Notes under the pieces: model-generated | Told to the model about the DNA's origin: nothing | The model's database searches: none | The model's input: only the letters and a program-made list of their open reading frames with translations | Shown here: positions 1 to 9,851 of the stretch, one piece after another | How positions within the stretch are numbered: position 1 is the stretch's first letter | Layout: the number at the start of each line of letters is the position of its first letter | Program-made: the position numbers and the translations under genes | Origin: an uncultured bacterium | GTDB taxonomy: Bacteria; Krumholzibacteriota; Krumholzibacteriia; JACNKJ01 | DNA: 64,000 nt | Reading direction: 5' to 3' | Assembly: GCA_964410395.1 (NCBI GenBank) | Contig: CAYPGS010000018.1 | Span: 1-64,000 of the forward strand

Positions 1-38
1 CCTGGATCGGAAGTCTACACCATGACCGTTTACACAGT

Positions 39-2042
39 TTAAATTACACTCTCGAGTGTGAAGGACCATTCCACGGTGTCGAGTAGAACCTGGTCACCCA
101 CCTGAGTGATGATTTCCTGAGAAGCCCTACACTCAAGATTCAAGAGCCTAGTCCCCGTCTCGTTCAGTGTACCGGCAAAGGTATAGTAGTAGTCCTCCGG
201 CCCACCCTCGTTGATTTCCGCCGTGAAACTCGTGCCGATGAAGTCCAGGTCGACGTAGATGCCGTCCCAGGGTGATCCGGGCATGGACACGATATTGCCA
301 TTGGGCAGGTTGTTCAGAGGCCCGATCGTGGAAGTACCATCATCGGGATGTACCCTCTGGAAATAGTGCTGCCCACCGATCAAGTTGGCGCTGTAGGAGA
401 TCCGATAACTCCTCTTCAGGGCGGATAGAATCGGGGTTCCCGGTCGGATCTTCATTTCCGTTGTGATCGTGCTGGCATCCACGTACTCATGCGCCTCGTC
501 CCTGGCATTTGACACTATGACGACGAGGTCCTCATCGGCATCCATGATCGACTTAATGCCCTCGACTCTCACCGTATTGGGATCGCTTCCGAGGAGGGCC
601 GCATTCCAAGTGGTCGAATACCGATAAACATTGATCGAACCCGGTCCCGGCCCCATGCGCGTGAAAACCGCTTCAGCGCCGGATTCCATTTCGGCATAGT
701 TCAGGAAAACATTGTAGATGCCGCCGCTCAGGGCCGGGAAGTCGTGCGTGAACTCCATGATCGTGTCGTCCACCGCCGCGACCACCCAGGAACCAAGGCT
801 GTTGGCCGTCATGATGGGAATCTCTTCAACACCATAGAGCTGTCCGAGAAAATACTCATCTAGGCATTTGTTCCACCAATTGCTGATGTCGTCGTCCGAG
901 CACACTTCCAGGGCACGCACGGGATGATCCCCGGCATCGATTCTCTGGTAGGCATAGAGCGTGGACTCATTCCCGTGCCAGTCGGCGAGATGTTTGATGA
1001 CCGCTGAGACGCCATATCCGTGCCAGTCTGGTTTGTCGCCCAATCCGGCCTGAAGCCCCTCATAGGGTTCCATAACGTTCCCGCTGCGCGAGCTGGAGAC
1101 ATAGTCGTCTTGAGTTGTGGCGAGGCCTTCACTCCAGACGGCCGTGGCTTCGTCGAGCCAGTAGTGGAGCGAGGCTTTGGTGGCTCTGTCCCAGCTGCTT
1201 CGTGGATCGTAGAATGCCTGTACGAGGTGGAAGAACTCGTGCCCCGCCGTGACGGCAATATCCTGGTAGGTATCGAATACTCGAGTGCTGATGACGATGT
1301 AGCCATAGTTGTCCCCGAAGATCGAACCGTAGGTTTCACCCTGGGTGTTCTCGTCCAGTGGCGAGATGTAGACGTGCACCGGCCATCGTGTCCGGTCCTC
1401 ATAGCTGAATCCGATTGCCGAGAACCTCAAGTAGGCGCTATCAAGTTCATTTCCAAGAGCCACGGCGTTGTTGACGGAACTGGATCCATTGTTATGAAAG
1501 TGGACTCTGAAGTATTCATGACCGCTCAACCGGCTGTCGTTGTGGTAGGACCTGATCGTCGTGGTGAAATCGGGGCGCGATCCTGTGTCGTAGATTGGAA
1601 TCGTGCCGACCACGAAGTCGCCGACTCTCTCCGCATCGATTGGCTGCCAACCGAGGGTGTTCTCCCCACGAGGCTTGCTGAAGGAATCGATACCGAGAAC
1701 CAACTCCGGGTCCAGATCCCCAGAGTAGTCGACGCCGACCTGAACCTCGAGCTCCTCACTTAGTACGGAGGGAAGACCCGAGAGTTCGAATACCCGACTC
1801 TGGCCTTCCGCATCCTCGAAGTTGTCCTCGTCCGAAAGACGAAGAACGAGATTCTGATCTCCCAGGAATGCTCCCGCGGGCACGTTGAGGATGAAGTCAT
1901 CGATCTCGAGGGTACCTCCCTCGGGGCCGATGGATACTTCGGCCAGGGGCGGTTCTGGTGGAGTCTCGACGGGATCGGTACCCCCGGAACAGGAAAGCAT
2001 GAAAACGATGGGGATAAGTGCCAGTAGCCAGAGCCGACTCAT
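39..2042 (-). CDS. Secreted lipoprotein, putative zinc metallopeptidase (HExxH)
   Basis: N-terminal signal peptide with lipobox-like LSC|SGG; HEFFH (HExxH) motif mid-protein; 667 aa ORF with start and stop inside the window. Confidence 0.5.
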   Translation of the reverse strand: MSRLWLLALIPIVFMLSCSGGTDPVETPPEPPLAEVSIGPEGGTLEIDDFILNVPAGAFLGDQNLVLRLSDEDNFEDAEGQSRVFELSGLPSVLSEELEVQVGVDYSGDLDPELVLGIDSFSKPRGENTLGWQPIDAERVGDFVVGTIPIYDTGSRPDFTTTIRSYHNDSRLSGHEYFRVHFHNNGSSSVNNAVALGNELDSAYLRFSAIGFSYEDRTRWPVHVYISPLDENTQGETYGSIFGDNYGYIVISTRVFDTYQDIAVTAGHEFFHLVQAFYDPRSSWDRATKASLHYWLDEATAVWSEGLATTQDDYVSSSRSGNVMEPYEGLQAGLGDKPDWHGYGVSAVIKHLADWHGNESTLYAYQRIDAGDHPVRALEVCSDDDISNWWNKCLDEYFLGQLYGVEEIPIMTANSLGSWVVAAVDDTIMEFTHDFPALSGGIYNVFLNYAEMESGAEAVFTRMGPGPGSINVYRYSTTWNAALLGSDPNTVRVEGIKSIMDADEDLVVIVSNARDEAHEYVDASTITTEMKIRPGTPILSALKRSYRISYSANLIGGQHYFQRVHPDDGTSTIGPLNNLPNGNIVSMPGSPWDGIYVDLDFIGTSFTAEINEGGPEDYYYTFAGTLNETGTRLLNLECRASQEIITQVGDQVLLDTVEWSFTLESVI

Positions 2043-2239
2043 GGGTCCTCCTCAGGAGAGCGTCGATCCAGTGGACTCCCGAGGGGAAGATTCTGGCAAG
2101 GTATTTCGGACAACCCGCTCTGAATAAGGTTCAGGCGCTTCGAATCGGACATCTACCTGGCTGGGAAGGCAAGTATCTAGCGACCGTCCAGGCCGAGACC
2201 TGCTCCGAGGGTCCGGCTTCATCCCTGCATGGCCTGCCT

Positions 2240-3520
2240 CTAGCGAAGTAGAATGATCTTCTGCGTCGCCACCGAGGATCCGTTGTGAAGTCGGGCGAAA
2301 TAGATTCCGGTGGGTAGCGCCTGCCCCGCAGAGTCGCGGCCGTTCCAGTCCAGATGGTAGTTTCCCGCTTCGCGGTGTCCGTCGAACAGTACAGCCACCG
2401 TTCTGCCCTGAACATCATGGATGCTCATGCGCAGATCCGAAACGCCATGCTGACTGAAGCTCAGGCGAGTGCCTCCACGCGCGGGATTTGGCGAGGACCT
2501 TAGAGAGAGGCCACCGGCCGGAATGCCGCCAACCGAGGTCGGCATGAGTGGATTGGCCGCGAGGACCACCTCGGTGAAGGCGCTCCCGTAGACGAAAGTC
2601 GAGCCGTCCTGGGAGAACTCGAGGTCGTAGGCCGAAGCCGAGTACCAGCGAACGAGGTCTCCGGAGGCCACGCTCCACATTCTGATATCGCCCTGGGATC
2701 CGTCACGCCCGGAGGACAGCAGGATGCCCCCGTCGGGCGCGAAGTCCAGCGCGTAGACCCAGTCGCCGTGTCCCTCGAAGGTGTTCAGCAATGTACCGTC
2801 GGCCACGCTCCAGAGCTTGATGCTGGAGTCATCGGTGCTGTCCCAACCTCCCGCACCGCTCGCCAGAATCGTGCCGTCGGGTGAGAAGGCCAGGGTGCTG
2901 ACGTCATCGTCGTGAGCCGCGATGCTTCGAATCAGGGTTCCGCTCTCCACGTCCCAGAACTTCACGGCGTTGTCTCCCCCGGCGCTGGCCACCATGCTGC
3001 CGTCGGGCGAGAAGGCCAGGTCATGGATGTAGGCGCCGGTGTAGATGGAGTGCAGCTCCTGGCCATCGGAGATGCGACAGATCCTGACGGAGCGATTGAC
3101 GCCCCCGCCGCCCGAGGCGAGCAGGGTGCCGTCGGGAGAAACGTCCACGTAGCAACCACCGGAAGTGAAGCGCTCCAGGCCGGTCTCGGTATCCCAGACC
3201 GCGGACACTCCGCCGGGAGGATAGCCGGTTACGACGTAGCCCACGGCCACGCAGGATGTGCCCGGCACATGGGCCACCGAAAGAACGGTATGGGGCGAGA
3301 GCGAGAACTCGCCGGCGGGGCTGCCGTCTTCGGCGGCCCAGAGCCGGAAGGTGCTGTCGCCGAGGTCAGCACCGGAGATGACCTGCTGGCCATCGGAGGT
3401 GAAGGTTACGCCCCGCACGCTGGAGACATGGTCGTCCCTTTGCCAGATGATGTCGGGCGAGCCCTGTGCCAGTGCGCTTGCGGCAGTCAGAAGCATCAGG
3501 CAGGTTCCCATTTTGATCAT
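2240..3520 (-). CDS. WD40/beta-propeller repeat protein with T9SS type-A C-terminal sorting domain
   Basis: Signal peptide (MIKMGTCLMLLTAASALAQG). Repeated FSPDG../LASGG WD40-like units. C-terminus GIYFARLHNGSSVATQKIILLR matches the T9SS CTD pattern shared with four other proteins here. Start ambiguous among three Met codons (3520-3550). Confidence 0.6.
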   Translation of the reverse strand: MIKMGTCLMLLTAASALAQGSPDIIWQRDDHVSSVRGVTFTSDGQQVISGADLGDSTFRLWAAEDGSPAGEFSLSPHTVLSVAHVPGTSCVAVGYVVTGYPPGGVSAVWDTETGLERFTSGGCYVDVSPDGTLLASGGGGVNRSVRICRISDGQELHSIYTGAYIHDLAFSPDGSMVASAGGDNAVKFWDVESGTLIRSIAAHDDDVSTLAFSPDGTILASGAGGWDSTDDSSIKLWSVADGTLLNTFEGHGDWVYALDFAPDGGILLSSGRDGSQGDIRMWSVASGDLVRWYSASAYDLEFSQDGSTFVYGSAFTEVVLAANPLMPTSVGGIPAGGLSLRSSPNPARGGTRLSFSQHGVSDLRMSIHDVQGRTVAVLFDGHREAGNYHLDWNGRDSAGQALPTGIYFARLHNGSSVATQKIILLR

Positions 3521-3676
3521 TCGCATCGGGTGCATCTCTTGCCCTCCCATGGCGAGTTCGGAGTTGACCGACTGTCCCTAAGCATACACCCGCCCGCACC
3601 GATCGTGACGAAGATAGTTGCAGTTTCAAACCCTTGCAGGTGTCATTAGCGTGACCAAGTGCTATCGCATGCGTGG

Positions 3677-3745
3677 AAATAGAGATCGGGGAGGGATGAG
3701 TCCCTCCCCGACTGACTTTCGAAGCGGAAGGAGGGGAGGGAGCTC
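3677..3745. repeat. Double-hairpin element (CGGGGAGGGAtgagTCCCTCCCCG plus an inverted copy ~25 nt downstream); probable bidirectional terminator, copy 1 of 3
   Basis: Two near-identical GC hairpins in opposite orientation immediately 3' of the C25 peptidase gene. Same architecture at 38883-38951 and 42765-42832. Confidence 0.5.
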
Positions 3746-3760
3746 ATCCCTCCCCAACCT

Positions 3761-6700
3761 CTATTTCAGTAGCACCATTTTCTGGTGCAGCTTGATCTCG
3801 CCCGCGCTCAGCTTGGCGAAGTAGACGCCCGAGGACACCTGCTCGCCGGCCTGGTCGCGGCCATCCCACTCGTAGGCGTGGATGCCCTCGTCCAGCGTAC
3901 CGTTCACGAGCACCCGCACCAAACGTCCGGCGGGGTCGTAGACGGCCAGTCGCGCCTTGCCCGTTTCGGGAAGGCCGAAGCTGATCGAGGTCTTCGGGTT
4001 GAAGGGGTTGGGATGGTTCCGCGAGAGGAAGACGCTCGCCGGAACCACTTCCACCTCGGTACCCGTCTCGTTGACGATGAGCGTCACCGGCACCGCGATG
4101 GAGGGACCCGCGTTGTTCACCACGAGGACCTCGGCCTCGTAGGTACCCTCCACCATGTCGGTGGCGTCGAGGGTCACGCGGATGTCGTCGGTCTCGCCGG
4201 CCTGGAGCTGTCCCTCGGTGATGTCCAGTGAGATCCAGTCCAGGGAGTTCTGGATGGTGAAGAAATCGTCGCTCTCATCGAAGACCGAAGGATCGCCGCT
4301 GTCGGCCACCTTCACCTTGCAGTTCATGTTGCCCGGCGCGTCGACGTTCCACTGGAAGCTGCCGTCATTCGCGTCCACATCGCTGGCGATGAGGTCCCAG
4401 TTGCCCAGGATGCCCCGGCGCAGGTAGATGTCCACCAGTCCCGAACCGCCGCCGGCCGAGAAGCTGATGGTCTGCTGCTCGCCGACGGTCCAGACCTCGC
4501 CGCCATTGGGCGCGAGAACGTTGACCGCGGGACCGTCCATGACAAGGGTGAAGTAGTCCTCGATGTAGTGGGGATCACCGCCGTAGATGTCGCCCTGGAT
4601 GCCGTAGAGCAGATCCAGGTCGCCGCTCACGTCGGGGAAGCTCACGTTGATGCTGGCCGTGGCGGTTTCACCGTCGTAGATGTTACCCCAGCCCCCATCG
4701 TGATCGAACCAGGTGATCAGAGCCCCGTCGCCCGTACCGCTGAAGGAGAGGCTGCCGCTCGGGCCGACGAGATCGGTACCGCTGTTGACCACGGCTCCGG
4801 GCGGGAAGTCAAGGGTGACCTCACTGAGCCACTCCACGTCCGAACTACCGTTGAAGACCGTGACGTTGAAATCCACCGTGGAGCCGACCACGTAGGTGGA
4901 AGGATCCAGCGACAGCCAGGAGCCGGCCACGCTGCGCGGCAGGTTCGGATCGATGATCTCAAGGGAATAGTTCAGAACGGATCCCTCTTCACCCTGATTG
5001 CTCACGTGGAGCATCTCCAGACTCGTGCCGTCCGGAGGCAGGATCTTGGAAATCGACTCGGGCGTCACGACGCAGCTTGGCAGAGGCACCGAGGCCACCG
5101 GCATGAAGGCGATGGCCCGGCCGGTGGTCAGGGTCGCCGCGCTGCTCGGGTAGGAGTTCCAGTAGGTATAGGTCAGGCCGTCGGTCCTGTCCTTGTTCTG
5201 GATGCCCACCGTGCCGTAGCCGTTGGTGCTGTCTGTGTTGTTCACGGTCTTGTACTGCATGAGCAGTATGCCGTCGCCCGTGCTCGTGGGATGGTAGGCC
5301 GGATCCAGAAGAATCAGCTCGAAGTCCTGGAAAGCGCTCGTGGCGCGGTTCTTCAGATTGTCCCACTGGATGATGTAGCGGTGGTTGGCCTCGTCGTACC
5401 AGGTGCTGACGATGTTCGAGGCCTGCTGGTAGAGGTCGTCCCAGAAGACGGCGATGAGATTGTCCGCGCCTCCCGCGCAGGGCAGGTTCCAGTTGCGGTA
5501 GAAGTTCATCTCGGTCTCGCCCATGGCCACCCAGCCATTGGAGCAGATGCTGATCTTGTTGTAGGGCTCGCCGTAGTAGCTGAACTCGAAAGGCAGTTCG
5601 ACGGTCTTGGTGTCGTCCTGTTCCCAACCGTAGTCGCCAAGTCCGAGATCCGTGCCCGGGCCGCCCTGGTTCGGGTTGACCTCCACCCAATCGTAGACCG
5701 GCGCGTACTCGTAGCCGGTGTCGGTGTTATCCACCGCGTAGTAACCATAGCTGTCCGGACCGGTGGGATCGCCCGCGCCGGCCGATCCCACTGTCAGCGA
5801 GAAGTTCACCACATCGGTGGCGCCACCGTTGAAGGTGAGATCCATGGTGAAGGCGGCCTGGTGTCCGGGAACGCAGTCGGAGGTCACGGTGATGCTGAAG
5901 GGGTCGGAGCTGTTCTCGCCGGAACCGCCCATGGGCAGGCTTCCGAAGCCGCCGCTGGGATCGTTGATGACGATCCAGGAGCTGCTGCTGCTGAGCTCGG
6001 CGCTGATGGCCGTTCCGGGAATATTCCCGTCGTTGCGGATCTGCACGCTCAGGGTGCCGGACTCGCCGGGCTCGGGATCGCCGCCGGCGAAGGTGAAGTC
6101 CTCGTAGGTGAAGGCCGCGCTCTGCACGTCGAGCTCCACCAGCGAGGTCCAGGACTGGAAGCCGTCGCTGGCGACCAGATCCAGTTCGATCGTGTGGCCG
6201 CCCGGCGCGTCGCTGGCGATGAGCACGTCGAAGTCCTCGGCGCACCAGACCTCGGCGCCGGAGGCTATGTTGCCGAAGGTCTCCGTGTCGTCCACCACCG
6301 TGACATAGGGATCGGCGCTGGAGAGGGTTGCGCTCACGTTGTTGGCGGTGCCGGTACCCAGATTGCGCAGCGACAGCGGCAGCTCGATGGCCTCGCCGGG
6401 ATTCACGCGATTGTCGCCGTTGCCCTGGCTGTCTCCGCTCATGTCGTCATCGATCTGAATGTTCTCCAGGGCCGCGTAGGCGCTCACGGAGCCGAGGGCC
6501 AGGGATCCCTGGTAGGGCATGTGATTGTGGGACATGACCGTCACGTAGAGCGTGCCGGAGCCGGCGGCCTCGATGGGCAGATTCACCTGTCCCGCCGCGT
6601 TCGTGTAGCCGGTCACACGGATGTCGCCGTCCTTGAAGAGAGCCACGCGCGCGCCTTCGAGAGGTCCGCCGGGATTGCTCACCGTCACGGGCACCGAGCC

Positions 6701-8464
6701 CGCCCCCGTGGGTAGGTTCGCAGGATGCACCACGGTGAGATCCTCGGGGTAGGCCGACCAGAGCTGCGTGACCGGATCGCCCATGAGGTTGTTCCACATG
6801 GACCAGATCTCCACCGTGTTCGGCTGCGAGATCTGGTAGTTGTGATAGAGCTCGTACTTGCCGCGGGTGTGGGCCGATCCGGTGCGGTGGTCCTCGCCGT
6901 TGATCGCGCCGTGCCAGGTGCCCATGTAGTAGCAGTTGTTGTAGCGGGTATGGGTGCCGATGGTGGCCGTGCCCACCGAGGCCACGCCGCCGCCGTTGGG
7001 CGCACGCAGGAAGGCCTCGGAGCGACAGTTCGAATCGCTGGCGAAGCTGCCCGTGTCGCAGGTCACGATGATGGAGAAGGGCAGTTCCTTCTGGTTGCCC
7101 AGGGCCATGATGTGGGCCGAACTCATGCCGCTCATGTGCCAGTAGCCGCGGTAGCCGAAGACGCTCAGGCCCTGGTTGATGCTGGCGGTCATGGCGCTGA
7201 GGAAGTTGCCGCTCCAGATGGTGTCGATCTGCGTGTAGTTGTGCTGCAGCAGCTGTTCCTTGAGCCACTGGTTCACGTAGATGGTGGTGATGCCCGAGCT
7301 GGACGGATCGCCCGTGAGCCCCGCGCGGGTGAACCAACCCGGATCGGTGATGGGAGGATCGGTCTCGTAGGTGACGATCTTGCTGACCACGTCCTCCAGC
7401 TCAGTGGTGCTGGTCACCGAGAGACGTCCGATGTGCACGTCGGCAAGCACATCGCCGCCCACGATGGTCGAGTAGTAGTGGTCGCCTTCGCCCCCGTAGC
7501 CGGAAACGCTCTCGAAGAAGCAGGGAACGGTGATGTAGCCGCTGGCGTCGCCGACCAGGGTGACATGCTCCAGAGGAGGATCGGCGGTGGCGTAGAAGTC
7601 GTCGATGTAGTCTTCCACCTGCCAGTTGTTGCTGCCGGTCTCGTCGGTGGAAACGGCCACCACATTGTAGCCCTGTTTCTCTCGCCATTCGATCAGGGGG
7701 CCCAGCCGGGACAACACGCCGCTGGTGTTGTCGTAGATCATCAGGTAGGAACCGGGCCCGACCTCGGTGACGCCCTCGCGGTAGTAGCCGGAGTCCTCGT
7801 AGTTCAGGACCATGTCCTTGTAGAGCAGGTGGAAGGACTCGGGAATGAACTCCGCGGGCTGAACCGTTTCGCTCGCGAACTCGATCTCGATCTCCATGCT
7901 GCTGGCCACCCGGACCTCCCTGCTCACCGGATCGTATCGCACGGGATTGATGCGCATGGCCGACACGCTCAGGCCGCGCATCATGCCGGGATCGCCGACC
8001 TCCACGTCGGGTGCGACATCGAGGCTGGGAGTCAGGTAGGCGCTTTCTTCCATGACGAAACGCTCGCCATCGTCGGGCTGCACGGGGAAGAGTCGCAGAT
8101 CTGTTAGCACCTGTTCGTTTCGCGACAGCACATTCACCCTGGCACCTGAACCTGCGGGCAAGGCGATGAGCTTGCTTATCACCGGCAGACCCGGATGTCC
8201 GTCGGCGCCGCGGATCCCGCCTCCGGGGATGCTGAGCGCGTCGAAGATCTCGCCGTCCGCCTCGAACTTCTCGAGGTTGAGCGCATCGAGTTCGAAGGAC
8301 ATCCGCAGTCCGTTTTCATCCTGCGACAGGATGCGGAACTCGGGTGCTGACGCAGCCGCGCCGCCTTCGACATCGAGCCGGTGGAGCTGCACTTCGGCGG
8401 CGGCACCAAGCGTGAACAGGCAAAGGGATACCATGGATAGAATCAGGGTGATCGGCGAACGCAT
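3761..8464 (-). CDS. Peptidase C25 (gingipain-like) family protein with T9SS C-terminal sorting domain
   Basis: Signal peptide. C25 signature segment ..VTLVGDASG..GDHYYS..GGDVLADVHIGRLSV..ELEDVVSKIVTYE, plus YRGYWH (His) and IVTCDTGSF (Cys) motifs. C-terminal GVYFAKLSAGEIKLHQKMVLLK. 1567 aa. Confidence 0.65.
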   Translation of the reverse strand: MRSPITLILSMVSLCLFTLGAAAEVQLHRLDVEGGAAASAPEFRILSQDENGLRMSFELDALNLEKFEADGEIFDALSIPGGGIRGADGHPGLPVISKLIALPAGSGARVNVLSRNEQVLTDLRLFPVQPDDGERFVMEESAYLTPSLDVAPDVEVGDPGMMRGLSVSAMRINPVRYDPVSREVRVASSMEIEIEFASETVQPAEFIPESFHLLYKDMVLNYEDSGYYREGVTEVGPGSYLMIYDNTSGVLSRLGPLIEWREKQGYNVVAVSTDETGSNNWQVEDYIDDFYATADPPLEHVTLVGDASGYITVPCFFESVSGYGGEGDHYYSTIVGGDVLADVHIGRLSVTSTTELEDVVSKIVTYETDPPITDPGWFTRAGLTGDPSSSGITTIYVNQWLKEQLLQHNYTQIDTIWSGNFLSAMTASINQGLSVFGYRGYWHMSGMSSAHIMALGNQKELPFSIIVTCDTGSFASDSNCRSEAFLRAPNGGGVASVGTATIGTHTRYNNCYYMGTWHGAINGEDHRTGSAHTRGKYELYHNYQISQPNTVEIWSMWNNLMGDPVTQLWSAYPEDLTVVHPANLPTGAGSVPVTVSNPGGPLEGARVALFKDGDIRVTGYTNAAGQVNLPIEAAGSGTLYVTVMSHNHMPYQGSLALGSVSAYAALENIQIDDDMSGDSQGNGDNRVNPGEAIELPLSLRNLGTGTANNVSATLSSADPYVTVVDDTETFGNIASGAEVWCAEDFDVLIASDAPGGHTIELDLVASDGFQSWTSLVELDVQSAAFTYEDFTFAGGDPEPGESGTLSVQIRNDGNIPGTAISAELSSSSSWIVINDPSGGFGSLPMGGSGENSSDPFSITVTSDCVPGHQAAFTMDLTFNGGATDVVNFSLTVGSAGAGDPTGPDSYGYYAVDNTDTGYEYAPVYDWVEVNPNQGGPGTDLGLGDYGWEQDDTKTVELPFEFSYYGEPYNKISICSNGWVAMGETEMNFYRNWNLPCAGGADNLIAVFWDDLYQQASNIVSTWYDEANHRYIIQWDNLKNRATSAFQDFELILLDPAYHPTSTGDGILLMQYKTVNNTDSTNGYGTVGIQNKDRTDGLTYTYWNSYPSSAATLTTGRAIAFMPVASVPLPSCVVTPESISKILPPDGTSLEMLHVSNQGEEGSVLNYSLEIIDPNLPRSVAGSWLSLDPSTYVVGSTVDFNVTVFNGSSDVEWLSEVTLDFPPGAVVNSGTDLVGPSGSLSFSGTGDGALITWFDHDGGWGNIYDGETATASINVSFPDVSGDLDLLYGIQGDIYGGDPHYIEDYFTLVMDGPAVNVLAPNGGEVWTVGEQQTISFSAGGGSGLVDIYLRRGILGNWDLIASDVDANDGSFQWNVDAPGNMNCKVKVADSGDPSVFDESDDFFTIQNSLDWISLDITEGQLQAGETDDIRVTLDATDMVEGTYEAEVLVVNNAGPSIAVPVTLIVNETGTEVEVVPASVFLSRNHPNPFNPKTSISFGLPETGKARLAVYDPAGRLVRVLVNGTLDEGIHAYEWDGRDQAGEQVSSGVYFAKLSAGEIKLHQKMVLLK

Positions 8465-8633
8465 GAAGGCCTCCGAGAAGGATGGGAACGAGGCCGCCCG
8501 AGCGGCGTGAAGGTCGTTAATTATACCAGATTCCGTGTATTGAGCCCAAGCCTTCGCGGCCCTTTACCTTGGGGAACAAGTTGCTATACTGCCTCGGAAT
8601 ATCCCCTTTCTCAAAATGCCCTAGGAGTCCGAA

Positions 8634-9851
8634 ATGACGCCCTTTCTAACCGAAGAAAACCTGAAGTGGAGAGACAAGGCCCGCGAGATCGCCGAGAAGG
8701 TGGTCAGACCCCTGGCCGCGAAATATGACGAGAAGCAGGAGTATCCCTGGGAAGTGAAGGACGCCATGGCCGAGGCCGGACTCCTGGGCGTGTGGATTCC
8801 CAAGGAGTACGGCGGCGAGGGCGCCGGAGTGCTGGATCTCTGCCTGGTCACCGAGGAGCTCAGCAAGGCCTGCGGCGGCATCGGCGTGGCCTTCGCCGTG
8901 AACGCCCTGGGCAGCTTTCCGATCATCCTTTCGGGCACCGAGGAGCAGAAGCACCACTACCTGCCGCAGATCGCGCAGGGTGAGAAGCTCATCGCATTCG
9001 GGCTCAGCGAGAAGTTCGCTGGATCTGACGCGGGAAGCCTGCGCACGCGGGCGGAGAAGAGCGCTGGCGGCTGGACCATTAACGGTGAGAAAAAGTGGAC
9101 CACCAACGGCGGCATCGCCGAGATCTACACGGTCTTCGCGGTGACCGATCCGGAGAGCCAGCGCGCGCGCATCTCCGGATTCATCGTGGAGAAGGACGAT
9201 CCCGGTTTCTCCATCGCCAAGATCGAGGACAAGATGGGCATCCGCGCGGTGCCCGTGGTGGAACTCGATTTCGAGAACTGCGAGGTACCCGAGGATCGCC
9301 TGCTCGGCGGCAAGACCGGCCAGGGTTTCAAGCAGGCCATGATGACCCTCGACCGCGCCCGTCCCGGCGTGGCCGGCCAGGGCGTCGGACTCGCCCAGGG
9401 CGCGCTGGATTACGCCGCGGTCTACGCCAATCGTCGCAAGCAGTTCGGTAAGAGCATCGGCAGCTTCCAGATGATCCAGGGAATGCTCGCGGACATGAGC
9501 GCCCGGGTCGAGGCCGCCCGCTATCTGGTCTACGCCGCGGCGCGCAACATCGACATGGGCGCGAGCAACATCAGCGCGCTGGCTGCCCAGGCCAAACTCT
9601 TCGCCACCGACACGGCCATGAGCGTGAGTACCGACGCGGTGCAGATCTTCGGCGGCTACGGTTTCATGAAGGACTATCCCATCGAGAAGTACATGCGTGA
9701 CGCGAAGATCACCCAGATCTACGAGGGCACCAACCAGGTGCAGCGCATGGTCACGGCCCGCCACGTGCTCAAGGGCGCGCGGGACCTGAAGCACCTCGAG
9801 GAGTACATCCCCAACGAGGTGCAGCGCGAGGTGGATCTCGCTGAACTGTGA
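8634..9851 (+). CDS. Acyl-CoA dehydrogenase
   Basis: Full-length ACAD-family sequence (N-terminal alpha, middle beta and C-terminal alpha domains; ..YEGTNQVQRMV.. motif). RBS AGGAG. Candidate promoter TTTACC-16-TGcTATACT upstream. Confidence 0.9.
   Translation: MTPFLTEENLKWRDKAREIAEKVVRPLAAKYDEKQEYPWEVKDAMAEAGLLGVWIPKEYGGEGAGVLDLCLVTEELSKACGGIGVAFAVNALGSFPIILSGTEEQKHHYLPQIAQGEKLIAFGLSEKFAGSDAGSLRTRAEKSAGGWTINGEKKWTTNGGIAEIYTVFAVTDPESQRARISGFIVEKDDPGFSIAKIEDKMGIRAVPVVELDFENCEVPEDRLLGGKTGQGFKQAMMTLDRARPGVAGQGVGLAQGALDYAAVYANRRKQFGKSIGSFQMIQGMLADMSARVEAARYLVYAAARNIDMGASNISALAAQAKLFATDTAMSVSTDAVQIFGGYGFMKDYPIEKYMRDAKITQIYEGTNQVQRMVTARHVLKGARDLKHLEEYIPNEVQREVDLAEL

Noticed and set aside
4568-8107. 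Several 300-700-aa plus-strand ORFs (4568..6715, 6725..8107, 4989..5690, 6447..7337) overlapping the C25 peptidase gene
   Set aside because: All lie inside or antisense to the 1567-aa C25/T9SS gene, which has a signal peptide, family motifs and a CTD. Their translations are low-complexity (G/A/R/H/V-rich).
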